A stretch of DNA of 32,000 nt, from NCBI RefSeq assembly GCF_000009705.1, contig NC_003272.1, positions 2,910,001 through 2,942,000 on the forward strand, given 5' to 3'. The stretch is from Nostoc sp. PCC 7120 = FACHB-418. GTDB lineage: Bacteria > Cyanobacteriota > Cyanobacteriia > Cyanobacteriales > Nostocaceae. How positions within the stretch are numbered: position 1 is the first letter of the stretch; every line of letters begins with the position of its first letter. This document shows positions 7,395 through 15,531 of the stretch, one piece after another. A program made the position numbers and the translations under genes. Below the pieces are notes generated by a model that saw only the letters and a list, made by a program, of their open reading frames with translations, searched no databases and had not been told where the DNA came from.

Positions 7395-10300
7395 TTAAAA
7401 CCTGGTTTGATATTCAATTACTGCACGACTATCATCTTCTAAATTAGTAGAAGCACGTACACGAAATTCATCATTGATACGGTAATTAAGACCCCATTGG
7501 AAAGGATCATTTGCCGTTAGAATTTTGATGCTAGAAATAGAGAACTTGTTAGAAATATCTACTCCCGCTTCAGCTGCCAATTCTATACTGGAACCTACTC
7601 TACTACTATTACTATTACTAGCTTCTGGATTGTCAGAAATCACAGTGGGGAAAATTCGTAGTTCACTTAAACCAAAAGCAGTACCGATTTGATTAAAAGC
7701 AGATTGAAAGTTACCGAAAACAGCTGACCCGGCGATGTTAATTAAACCTAAGGTACTGTCCCCACGTCCTTGAGTATCGACAAATCCACCACCTAAAAGG
7801 GCGACTAATTCAGTTTCACTCCGTGAGGGGCTACTTCTTAATTCCAAGCTTTCATTCAGTCTGCTGGCTGGGCCTTTAATATTAGCTTCAACTCTCACAG
7901 TTTCTAAAGCACCTAACCCGACAGAATTAACTCTGTTTAGGTCACTGTTCTGCACCACCTCTAGCACTTTAGCCAGTAGTTGAATATCTAAATCAGGGTC
8001 ACGGGGTTGATTAGCTCTAAAGGTGGCGGTATGTTCGTAACCACGAGTCAAGTTAAACTGAGTTGTAAATAAATTCACGCCACCTTTTCTTAAGCGAATA
8101 GTACCTACAGGTACAGGATCAGCTAAAGAACCATTAACTTTGAGATTCCCCGTAGCAGCGAAACTGAGAAGAGGAGGACGGGCAATTTCTACGTTTTTAC
8201 CTAACTCCAGTTCTAAATTATTAAAACTCGTGTTGGCACTTGCAGTTGTGGGTGTATCTTGTTTGTTAAACTTCGTTAGTGAGATGGCAGAAACATTATT
8301 TGCAGGTTGGTTAGGATCACTAGATTCTGCTAATAATATTTGACCACTATACAAATCCACCTTACCGCCAATTCTAGGATTGAGGGCAGAACCAGTAACT
8401 TGAATATTTCCATTAGCACCGCCTTGATACAAGCCTTTGAGGTTAAGTTGTAACTGTTCAAGGTTGACAGTTAGAGGATTTTCGATAGCGACGCTACTGT
8501 TGTCGAATACGGGAATTGCTCCAGATGCTTGTACTTGTCCGCGACTAAATTTGCCTTCTAGACCTTCTACTAATATTTGGTCAGAATTAAACCGGACTCT
8601 ACCTGTAACATCTCTGACTTTTTCTGGTAAAGCTTGAGCCGCAAAAGTAGCTTTTTGGATAGTAGCAATACCCTCGACTATAGGCTGTTCTCTGGTTCCG
8701 CTTACCTTCAAGTCTATTTGACCTTGACCGTCTTCAAAGGCTACTTGATTACTTAAGAGATTTAGTAGTGCCAATCCTTCATTTTCAACTTTGACATCTA
8801 AACTGATTTGATTGTTATCAGGAGCGACGGAGGCAAAAGGTAACTGATAAGGTATGCTACCTGAAATATTCACAGGTTGCGGCCCAGTAATAGCGACGGT
8901 ACTACCAAAATTTAAGCGACCATTGGCGTAACTAAAACTAGCTGTGGCTGATTCCACAGGTTTTTGGTTGAGTGTACCCTCGGTGATTTGCCATTCTCCT
9001 CTGGCTTGAGGGTTGGCAATACTACCTGCTAAAGCTGCTGTCCCACTGAGATTTCCCGTCACACCGACTGGGAGATTGACGAAGTTATTGAGTAACTGAA
9101 GGGGAAAGTTATTGACGCGCAGTTGTCCAGATTGTTCGTTCCCGCCTACATTACCAGTGAAAGCTAACAAACTATTCTCGGACTCAATACGCACTGGTCG
9201 CAGCTGCAAAACTCCATCAGCAAAACTACCTTCAGCAATGATATTGTCGGCGCGATAAAAACGATTGGGTTCTGTTTCCTTACCCCAGACAAAGTTTTGA
9301 CCATTCAAATTGAACTGTACTGCTAAACCATTAGCGGTGGCAGTGTCTACAGCCACTTCTCCGTTAAAAGTTCCTTGCAAATCTGCTAGGTTTGGTATGG
9401 GTGAAGCATTACGTTGTTCTTCTTGTTTGGCAACGATCGCATCAATTTCGTAAAAGCGTTTGATTTGGTCGAATAAAGACTGATCAGGCAAACCTTGGGC
9501 GTAGGTCTGGAGGTCAGAGGCCGTACCGTAGTTGGGTTCGTCTCCATTACCCTGGAAATCTTGTAAATCAAAGATTTGTGCTACTGTCAGCACATCTTGG
9601 ATGTTACCTTGAGTGACGTTCAGCTTGCCTTGGACGCGGGGGCCTTTGGGGGTCAGCCCAAAATTACCAGCTAAGGCGTAACGACTGTTGCCTTTGATAA
9701 ATTGGCTACTGGTGAGGGTGGCTGTACCATCACTGTAGCGGAATTGGGCTGTGAGACGATCGCCTTTAATTCTGCCAACTTCGGGATTAGCGATCGCCAA
9801 ATTGACGTTAGTCGCAAATGTACGTTGGTTAAACTGCACATCCCCTGTTACTGTCCCGGCTACTCTACCAGCACCTAAACGCAGACTTGGCGGTGGTGAC
9901 AAGTTGAACAGTGTTAAGGGGAAGTTGGCAACTTTCACAGCCCAATCATTGCCTTTAACTTGACCTGAGGCTAAGGCTTGTTGCCACTGTACTAGGAAGG
10001 ATTGGGGGCGATTATTACTATCTAAACTCAGGGCAAGGCGATCGCTATTCCCGGCTAAATTTAAGTTTAATCCTTGTCCTGATTGAATCCTACCTGTTAA
10101 TAAAGGTTCAAAAGCAATATTTTGGACTACTAAATCCTTTAAACTGAGTTGCCCGTTGACATTGGGCAAAGGTAATTTACCTGTAACTTTACCGTTAAAA
10201 TCTGCTCTGCCTGTCACAGCTACTTGATTCGGTAAGGTAACTGGTAACTGTTGTAGATTAAAGTCTTGGGCTTGGACATTGAGATTAAGGGCGGTAATTT

Positions 10301-13300
10301 CTGGTATGCCTGGTCTGGTGGCGTTGGCTAAGATATCACCACTAATATTTAAACCGGGGGCTGTAGCTTGTTGAATTGTTAACCTTTCACCATTCCAGGC
10401 GATCGCAGCATTCAAGGGACGCTCAACACCAGGGAGGCCTTGAGTTAATTGTACCTGACCCCTAGCACTGACATCAGCTAACCGCGTCGAACCCAAGTTA
10501 CCAGCTAGTTGCAACTGGCCAGCAAACTGACCCTGCAACTGTTGATTAAAACGATTTAACTCCACCCCAGCCGCCGCCACTACGGCTTGATAACGACCTT
10601 TAGCCAGTTGGATATTCGCCGCATTAATCGTACCCCCTCCCGCCACTTGTAGTTGTGCTTGACCATTGGCTTGGATGGTTTGGGGACTGAAGGATGCAGC
10701 AGAACCAGCAACATTAAATTGCCCGTTCAAATTACCTTGCAACTGGGGCGGTACAGCAGCTAAACGTTGTATAGGGACGTTATTGGCTTGTACTTGCGCC
10801 TGATAGTTACCATTTGCAACTCGGATGTTGGCGGCTGTGATTGTACCATTGCCTACATTTAACTGTGCTTGACCACTAGCTTGGATAGATTGGGGAGTAA
10901 AAGGTGCAACAGAACCAGCCAGATTTAATTGCGCGTTCAAATTACCTTGCAACTGGGACGGTACGGCGGCTAAACGTTGTACAGGGACGTTATTGGCTTG
11001 GACTTGCGCTTGATATCTACCGTTAGCTAATTGAATGTTAGAGGAGGTAATCGTACCATTGCCGACATTTAACCGCCCTTGACCACTAGCTTGAATTGAT
11101 TGGGGACTGAAGGGTGCAACGGAACCAGCAACATTGAATTGTCCAGTTAAATTACCTTGAAACTTTGGTGGTACTGGGGCTAAACGTTGCACAGGAACGT
11201 TATTAGCTTGGACTTGCGCCTGATATGTACCGTTAGCTAATTGAATGTTAGAGGAGGTAATCGTACCATTGCCAACATTTAACCGTGCTTGACCACTGGC
11301 TTGGATAGATTGGGGACTGAAGGACTCAGCAGAACCAGTAACAGCAAATTTCCCCGTCAGGTTGCCTTGAAACTGGGGTGGTAAGGTTGCCAGGCGTTGC
11401 ACAGGGACATTATTGGCTTGGACTTGTGCCTGATATACACCGTTAGCTAATTGAATATTCCCGGCCGTAACTGTTCCTCTACCTACACTAAGGCGGGCAT
11501 CACCTGTAGCTTGTAAGGTTTTGAGGCTAAAATTTTCTCTATTACCGGCTACTTGGAATGTCCCAGCCAAAGGATTAGCTAAAGCTGGCGGCGCATTTTT
11601 CAGGATGCGTGCTAGGCGGACATTATTCGCCACCAATTTGGCGGCAAAGGCCTGGTCTTGCAGTTGAATGTTAGATACTGCAACTCTCCCGCCACCAATT
11701 TGCACCCCTGCCCCTTCTGTACGAATGCTGGCAATTTGAAAGGGTGTAGCAGTACCAGCCAGAATTAAACGACCGTTAAATTGCGCCCCTGCTAAGGAAA
11801 CATTTTTGAGTTGATTCTGGTTGACAAATGGTGCCAAATTCACACCGTTAGCTTGAGCTACAGCCTGCCAACGTTCGTTAGCAAAATTGCCATAACCCCG
11901 CACCGTGCCACCAGCCACCCTCACAGCCACATTGCGAAAGTTAATGTTACGATTAGCACCGATAATCACTTCCCCGGTGGTGGGATAGACTGCCTGAGGT
12001 GCGGCAAAGTTTACCGAAGTCCTGACATTAGTAGGCGTACCTGTGACTTGGGCAGTAGCCGATACAGTGCCAATTTGAAATGGAGTATTAACATTGTATA
12101 GTTTGGCGATCGCATCTCCGGCTACATTCCTGGCAATAAAATTCAGATTCAGTTGGGGATTTTCCCCAAGTAAGATTCTGCCACCGCCAGTAATTGCTCC
12201 GCCTGTTGTGGTCTTGCCTTGAACATTTGCCAAACTAACTAAGTTGTCGTTAGGCGAAAACTCAAACTTACTACTAATACTTTGAAAATCAACTTTATCG
12301 ATGCGGGCAGTATTAATAGTCCTAACTATACCTGAGAGAATAGGCTGATTTGCGGCTCCCACTACCTGTAAATCGGCTTGCAATTGTCCAGCCACAGGTA
12401 CAGGCAATTTTAATTTGAGTGTGTTTTGGGCATTGGCTACACTCACTGAGTTAACACGCCCTGCAAGTTTATAGCCTGCTTTGGTGTCGATTATCCCTGC
12501 CGCCACTAGAGGGATGCTGCCATAGTTAGCCACAACATTTTCTAACTTTACTTCTGTGCCTTGGAAGTAAACATTAGCTTGGGTATTCGTCAATAGTTGC
12601 GGTGCGCGAGGAATTTGGACTGTCACCTTTTGCAAATCAGCACTGCCATATAGCAAAGGGGTTTGCCCTGGTACTAGCTCGACTCGCAAATCACCATTAA
12701 CTTTACCGGCTGCTAAACCCACTGGCAACTTGACCAAGCGAGTAACATCCGCCGCCAGTAATTCTTGTCCTCGCACTTGAATATTCGCCGCAGTCGTCTT
12801 AGGACGTACTTCGCCCTCCATATCCACACTGCCTCCGCTATCGGATAGACCTTTAGCTGAGAACTTAATTAGCTGGTTGTTTTCCAGTAATTGAGCAGTT
12901 CCATTTAGTTGCGAAAATTCTAGTGGAGGCAGGAGGCAGGGGGGCTGGGGGCAGGAGGTAGGGGGGTATAAAGAAGATGAGGGGGATGTGGTTTTAGCTT
13001 CACCCACTGCCAAATTCCTCACCTGTGGCAGCAGCGATAACTTGCCATTGCGGAAATTGATATGATCTAAATCCGTTTTAATGGCTCCTGCTGCACCCGG
13101 TGGCGCTATGGTCGTAGTAATCCAGCGTCCTTGGTTATCCTGTTCGATGTAAACATCGGGATTAACTAAGGTCACATTTAGTTTTAACTGGCGATTAAAA
13201 ACTAACAGCAGTGGATTAAAACCCACCTCCACTGCATCCACTGTTAACTTATCCGGGTCTGTAGGCGTAGGAGGAATGGACGAAGCCGCAAACTGTACTC

Positions 13301-13541
13301 CAGTTAACGAAAAATTAGTGACTTTTCCCAGTTGTACGGGACGGTTAAGAGTTGTAGTCAGACTTTCTTGCGCTAACGGTGTTAATTCCCTCTGTACAAA
13401 AGTCCATAAACGCCAAACACCTCCCATCAAACCCACAATTAAAAGTCCACCTACTGCCATACCGCCACGACTCAAAATCAGCAACCATAGACTCCTACGT
13501 GAGGTTTGTGGGCTTTGATTTTGCTTGGGAGGGTTATTCAT
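7395..13541 (-). CDS. tamB: TamB / DUF490-type translocation-and-assembly module protein (cyanobacterial homologue of plant TIC236), 2048 aa
   Basis: A single N-terminal transmembrane anchor (LWLLILSRGGMAVGGLLIVGLMGG). The body is very long, Gly/Asn/Gln/Val-rich and beta-strand-like. The C-terminal region (...LRSSPSRSETELVALLGGGF ... FQWGLNYRINDEFRVRASTNLEDDSRAVIEYQTRF) resembles the DUF490 end and finishes in an aromatic residue. Confidence 0.75.
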   Translation of the reverse strand: MNNPPKQNQSPQTSRRSLWLLILSRGGMAVGGLLIVGLMGGVWRLWTFVQRELTPLAQESLTTTLNRPVQLGKVTNFSLTGVQFAASSIPPTPTDPDKLTVDAVEVGFNPLLLVFNRQLKLNVTLVNPDVYIEQDNQGRWITTTIAPPGAAGAIKTDLDHINFRNGKLSLLPQVRNLAVGEAKTTSPSSSLYPPTSCPQPPCLLPPLEFSQLNGTAQLLENNQLIKFSAKGLSDSGGSVDMEGEVRPKTTAANIQVRGQELLAADVTRLVKLPVGLAAGKVNGDLRVELVPGQTPLLYGSADLQKVTVQIPRAPQLLTNTQANVYFQGTEVKLENVVANYGSIPLVAAGIIDTKAGYKLAGRVNSVSVANAQNTLKLKLPVPVAGQLQADLQVVGAANQPILSGIVRTINTARIDKVDFQSISSKFEFSPNDNLVSLANVQGKTTTGGAITGGGRILLGENPQLNLNFIARNVAGDAIAKLYNVNTPFQIGTVSATAQVTGTPTNVRTSVNFAAPQAVYPTTGEVIIGANRNINFRNVAVRVAGGTVRGYGNFANERWQAVAQANGVNLAPFVNQNQLKNVSLAGAQFNGRLILAGTATPFQIASIRTEGAGVQIGGGRVAVSNIQLQDQAFAAKLVANNVRLARILKNAPPALANPLAGTFQVAGNRENFSLKTLQATGDARLSVGRGTVTAGNIQLANGVYQAQVQANNVPVQRLATLPPQFQGNLTGKFAVTGSAESFSPQSIQASGQARLNVGNGTITSSNIQLANGTYQAQVQANNVPVQRLAPVPPKFQGNLTGQFNVAGSVAPFSPQSIQASGQGRLNVGNGTITSSNIQLANGRYQAQVQANNVPVQRLAAVPSQLQGNLNAQLNLAGSVAPFTPQSIQASGQAQLNVGNGTITAANIRVANGNYQAQVQANNVPIQRLAAVPPQLQGNLNGQFNVAGSAASFSPQTIQANGQAQLQVAGGGTINAANIQLAKGRYQAVVAAAGVELNRFNQQLQGQFAGQLQLAGNLGSTRLADVSARGQVQLTQGLPGVERPLNAAIAWNGERLTIQQATAPGLNISGDILANATRPGIPEITALNLNVQAQDFNLQQLPVTLPNQVAVTGRADFNGKVTGKLPLPNVNGQLSLKDLVVQNIAFEPLLTGRIQSGQGLNLNLAGNSDRLALSLDSNNRPQSFLVQWQQALASGQVKGNDWAVKVANFPLTLFNLSPPPSLRLGAGRVAGTVTGDVQFNQRTFATNVNLAIANPEVGRIKGDRLTAQFRYSDGTATLTSSQFIKGNSRYALAGNFGLTPKGPRVQGKLNVTQGNIQDVLTVAQIFDLQDFQGNGDEPNYGTASDLQTYAQGLPDQSLFDQIKRFYEIDAIVAKQEEQRNASPIPNLADLQGTFNGEVAVDTATANGLAVQFNLNGQNFVWGKETEPNRFYRADNIIAEGSFADGVLQLRPVRIESENSLLAFTGNVGGNEQSGQLRVNNFPLQLLNNFVNLPVGVTGNLSGTAALAGSIANPQARGEWQITEGTLNQKPVESATASFSYANGRLNFGSTVAITGPQPVNISGSIPYQLPFASVAPDNNQISLDVKVENEGLALLNLLSNQVAFEDGQGQIDLKVSGTREQPIVEGIATIQKATFAAQALPEKVRDVTGRVRFNSDQILVEGLEGKFSRGQVQASGAIPVFDNSSVAIENPLTVNLEQLQLNLKGLYQGGANGNIQVTGSALNPRIGGKVDLYSGQILLAESSDPNQPANNVSAISLTKFNKQDTPTTASANTSFNNLELELGKNVEIARPPLLSFAATGNLKVNGSLADPVPVGTIRLRKGGVNLFTTQFNLTRGYEHTATFRANQPRDPDLDIQLLAKVLEVVQNSDLNRVNSVGLGALETVRVEANIKGPASRLNESLELRSSPSRSETELVALLGGGFVDTQGRGDSTLGLINIAGSAVFGNFQSAFNQIGTAFGLSELRIFPTVISDNPEASNSNSSRVGSSIELAAEAGVDISNKFSISSIKILTANDPFQWGLNYRINDEFRVRASTNLEDDSRAVIEYQTRF
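10548..11640 (-). repeat. In-frame tandem array of 210-bp (70-aa) units inside the TamB-like CDS: four high-identity units flanked by degenerate ones
   Basis: The anchor motif AAACGTTG[TC] / AGGCGTTGC recurs at 10762, 10972, 11182 and 11392, exactly 210 nt apart. The protein repeat is NNVPVQRLAxxPPQFQGNLTGxFxVxGSxxxFSPQSIQASGQAxLNVGNGTITSSNIQLANGxYQAQVQA. Confidence 0.9.
12925..12966. repeat. Six G-rich heptamers (GGAGGCA x2, GGGGGGC, TGGGGGC, AGGAGGT, AGGGGGG) embedded in frame in the TamB-like CDS
   Basis: Read directly. On the coding (minus) strand it encodes the Pro/Cys-rich stretch PPTSCPQPPCLLPP. 42 nt is 6 x 7 nt, or 14 codons. Confidence 0.8.
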
Positions 13542-13886
13542 GGTATGAGTTTACTTTTATTTGCTGGAGGTGGTTGACGCACTGCAAGCATTATTTGGCA
13601 TTTGCGTTTACTATGCCAATACCAGGATACAAATCAATTGGGACTTTTGACATTCGGATCAACTCGGTGAGTGAAATTGACTAGGGGCTGTGGACTGTTG
13701 ACTGAGAATTTTTGCTCCTTGCTACCCTACCTTTTCATCTCCCATATCCTCAATGCGGAAAAATAAGCCATTAATATTGTCAGTCAAATCTGAATTAAAG
13801 TGAAAATATTGCTGTGACTTTCCCAGGTACACGGTCTAGAACTTTAATTAATCAATAGACCTCGGAACATATAGATGATTACGCCA

Positions 13887-14309
13887 ATGCGGGTTTTTGT
13901 TTTAATTTTTAACGCTAATACGGAAAATGAAGGGATTCATACCGTTCGTGTGGGCGACCGCAATAAAATTCTCATGTTTGAATCCCAAGATGATGCTGTC
14001 CGTTTTGCCCTCATGTTGGAAGCTCAGGATTTCCCCACTCCCACAGTAGAGGGGATTGATGTTGAGGATGTTAAGGAATTTTGCGCCAGTGCTAATTATG
14101 ATTGGGAATTGATCCCAGAAAATAGCGACCTCGTAATTCCCCCAGATATTAACGTGGAAGAAACTGACTGGCAACCTGATGGTCAGTATGATGACGAGGA
14201 TACTGATGACGAAAATTTTGAATCTGACCTAGTACCACCGGCTCAAGATTCGGAGTTTTCTGAGACTGAATTGGAAAATATTCGTCGCAAATTAGAAGGA
14301 TTGTTGTAA
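13887..14309 (+). CDS. DUF3110-like conserved cyanobacterial protein with an acidic C-terminal tail
   Basis: ORF track 13875..14309. I favour the internal ATG at 13887 (MRVFVLIFNANTENEGIHTV...), which resembles the usual N-terminus of this family as I recall it. The tail DGQYDDEDTDDENFESD is strongly acidic. Confidence 0.6.
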   Translation: MRVFVLIFNANTENEGIHTVRVGDRNKILMFESQDDAVRFALMLEAQDFPTPTVEGIDVEDVKEFCASANYDWELIPENSDLVIPPDINVEETDWQPDGQYDDEDTDDENFESDLVPPAQDSEFSETELENIRRKLEGLL

Positions 14310-14401
14310 CTTAGTCGTTTAGTCATTAGAGACGTTTTATGAAACGTCTGTACATGGGGATTCTTGACTAAATTACATAATTGCAGGGGACATCAAAATA
14401 C

Positions 14402-15325
14402 ATGGCAGATTTGCAGGAACGTGGACATTTATTGACGGAACAAGTCAATCCTTTGAGTCAGAACTTAGACCAACTCAGTTCTCTGGAATTGGTGGAGTTG
14501 TTTAATAGTGAAGACCTCAAGACTGTGGAGGCAGTGGCGGCGGCTAAAGTCCAGATTGCAACAGCAATTGAGCAGACAGCCGATCGCCTGCGTCAGGGAG
14601 GACGCTTGTTTTATGTCGGTGCTGGAACCAGTGGTAGGTTGGGTGTGTTAGATGCGGCTGAGTGTCCACCAACTTTTTGTACACCCCCAGAGTTGGTACA
14701 GGGGATTATCGCTGGTGGTGCTGGCGCACTGGTACGCAGTTCGGAAGATTTAGAAGACCGGGCGGAAGATGGAGACGCAGCGATCGCTCAACGTCACATT
14801 ACCCAATTAGATGTCGTCGTTGGGATTACGGCTGGTGGGACAACGCCTTTTGTCCAGGGTGCAATTAACTCTGCTCGTCAACGGGGAGCCTTGACAATTT
14901 TCATTGCTTGTGTTCCTGCTGAACAAGTGAGTTTTACAGCCGATATTGATATTCGTTTGTTAACAGGGCCAGAAATATTGGCTGGTTCTACTCGCCTCAA
15001 AGCCGGTACAGTTACTAAATTAACGCTAAATATCCTCTCGACTGGGGTGATGGTCAAGCTGGGCAAAGTTTACGGTAATCGCATGGTGGATGTAGCAGTC
15101 ACAAATCAGAAATTACGCGATCGCGCTTTGCGAATTTTGCAAGACCTCACCGGGTTAAGTCGGGAAGCGGCTGGTTTCTTATTAGAACGTAGTAGCAAAT
15201 GGGTCAAATTGGCGCTGGTGATGCACTGGACTGGTTTGGATAAAGACGCAGGCGATCGGCTTTTATCAGCACATCAAGGAAATCTGAGGGAAGCGGTTGC
15301 TAGTTATAAAAATCAAAATGATTAG
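14402..15325 (+). CDS. murQ: N-acetylmuramic acid 6-phosphate etherase
   Basis: The ORF track entry opens at a TTG at 14381; the first ATG is 14402 (MADLQERGHLLTEQ...). SIS-domain motifs GAGTSGRLGVLDAAECPPTF and ITAGGTTPFV, together with the length, fit MurQ. Confidence 0.85.
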   Translation: MADLQERGHLLTEQVNPLSQNLDQLSSLELVELFNSEDLKTVEAVAAAKVQIATAIEQTADRLRQGGRLFYVGAGTSGRLGVLDAAECPPTFCTPPELVQGIIAGGAGALVRSSEDLEDRAEDGDAAIAQRHITQLDVVVGITAGGTTPFVQGAINSARQRGALTIFIACVPAEQVSFTADIDIRLLTGPEILAGSTRLKAGTVTKLTLNILSTGVMVKLGKVYGNRMVDVAVTNQKLRDRALRILQDLTGLSREAAGFLLERSSKWVKLALVMHWTGLDKDAGDRLLSAHQGNLREAVASYKNQND

Positions 15326-15362
15326 TTAGTTGTCAGTTGTCATTAGTCAAAAATCTTGCAAT

Positions 15363-15390
15363 GTTGACCGTTGACTGTTGACCGTTGATT
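15363..15390. repeat. STRR3-like heptamers GTTGACC GTTGACT GTTGACC GTTGATT
   Basis: Read directly. Same unit family as the hairpin at 1827-1878. Confidence 0.85.
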
Positions 15391-15418
15391 TTTAAGTATA
15401 TTCGGTAATTTGTTGTCA

Positions 15419-15460
15419 TCTACCAACCTTTTGCGTAAAAAGTTGGTAGATTATTATTTG
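15419..15460 (+). terminator. Probable rho-independent terminator downstream of murQ
   Basis: A 9-bp stem TCTACCAAC (15419-15427) / GTTGGTAGA (15442-15450) with a 14-nt loop, followed by TTATTATTT. Confidence 0.5.
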
Positions 15461-15531
15461 AAGCCAGAATGAGGAATCATAGAACTCTGACAGCTTAGTA
15501 ATTACGAATTACGAACTATACATATATCACC

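Noticed and set aside
8140-13684. Several 61-101 aa ORFs overlapping the TamB-like gene on either strand
   Set aside because: They overlap a long, well-supported CDS. The repetitive G/C-biased codon structure of that gene produces open alternative frames, and I see no independent signals.
14662-14868. Trp/Arg/Gly-rich 68-aa alternative-frame ORF inside murQ
   Set aside because: It is entirely nested in the well-supported murQ frame, and its composition is typical of an out-of-frame reading of GC-richer coding sequence.
15326-15531. Looked for a molybdenum-cofactor riboswitch or other leader structure upstream of modBC
   Set aside because: I see only STRR heptamers, a terminator-like hairpin belonging to murQ and AATTACG repeats. 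I could not recognise the conserved Moco RNA motif by eye. A covariance-model scan would be needed to exclude it formally.
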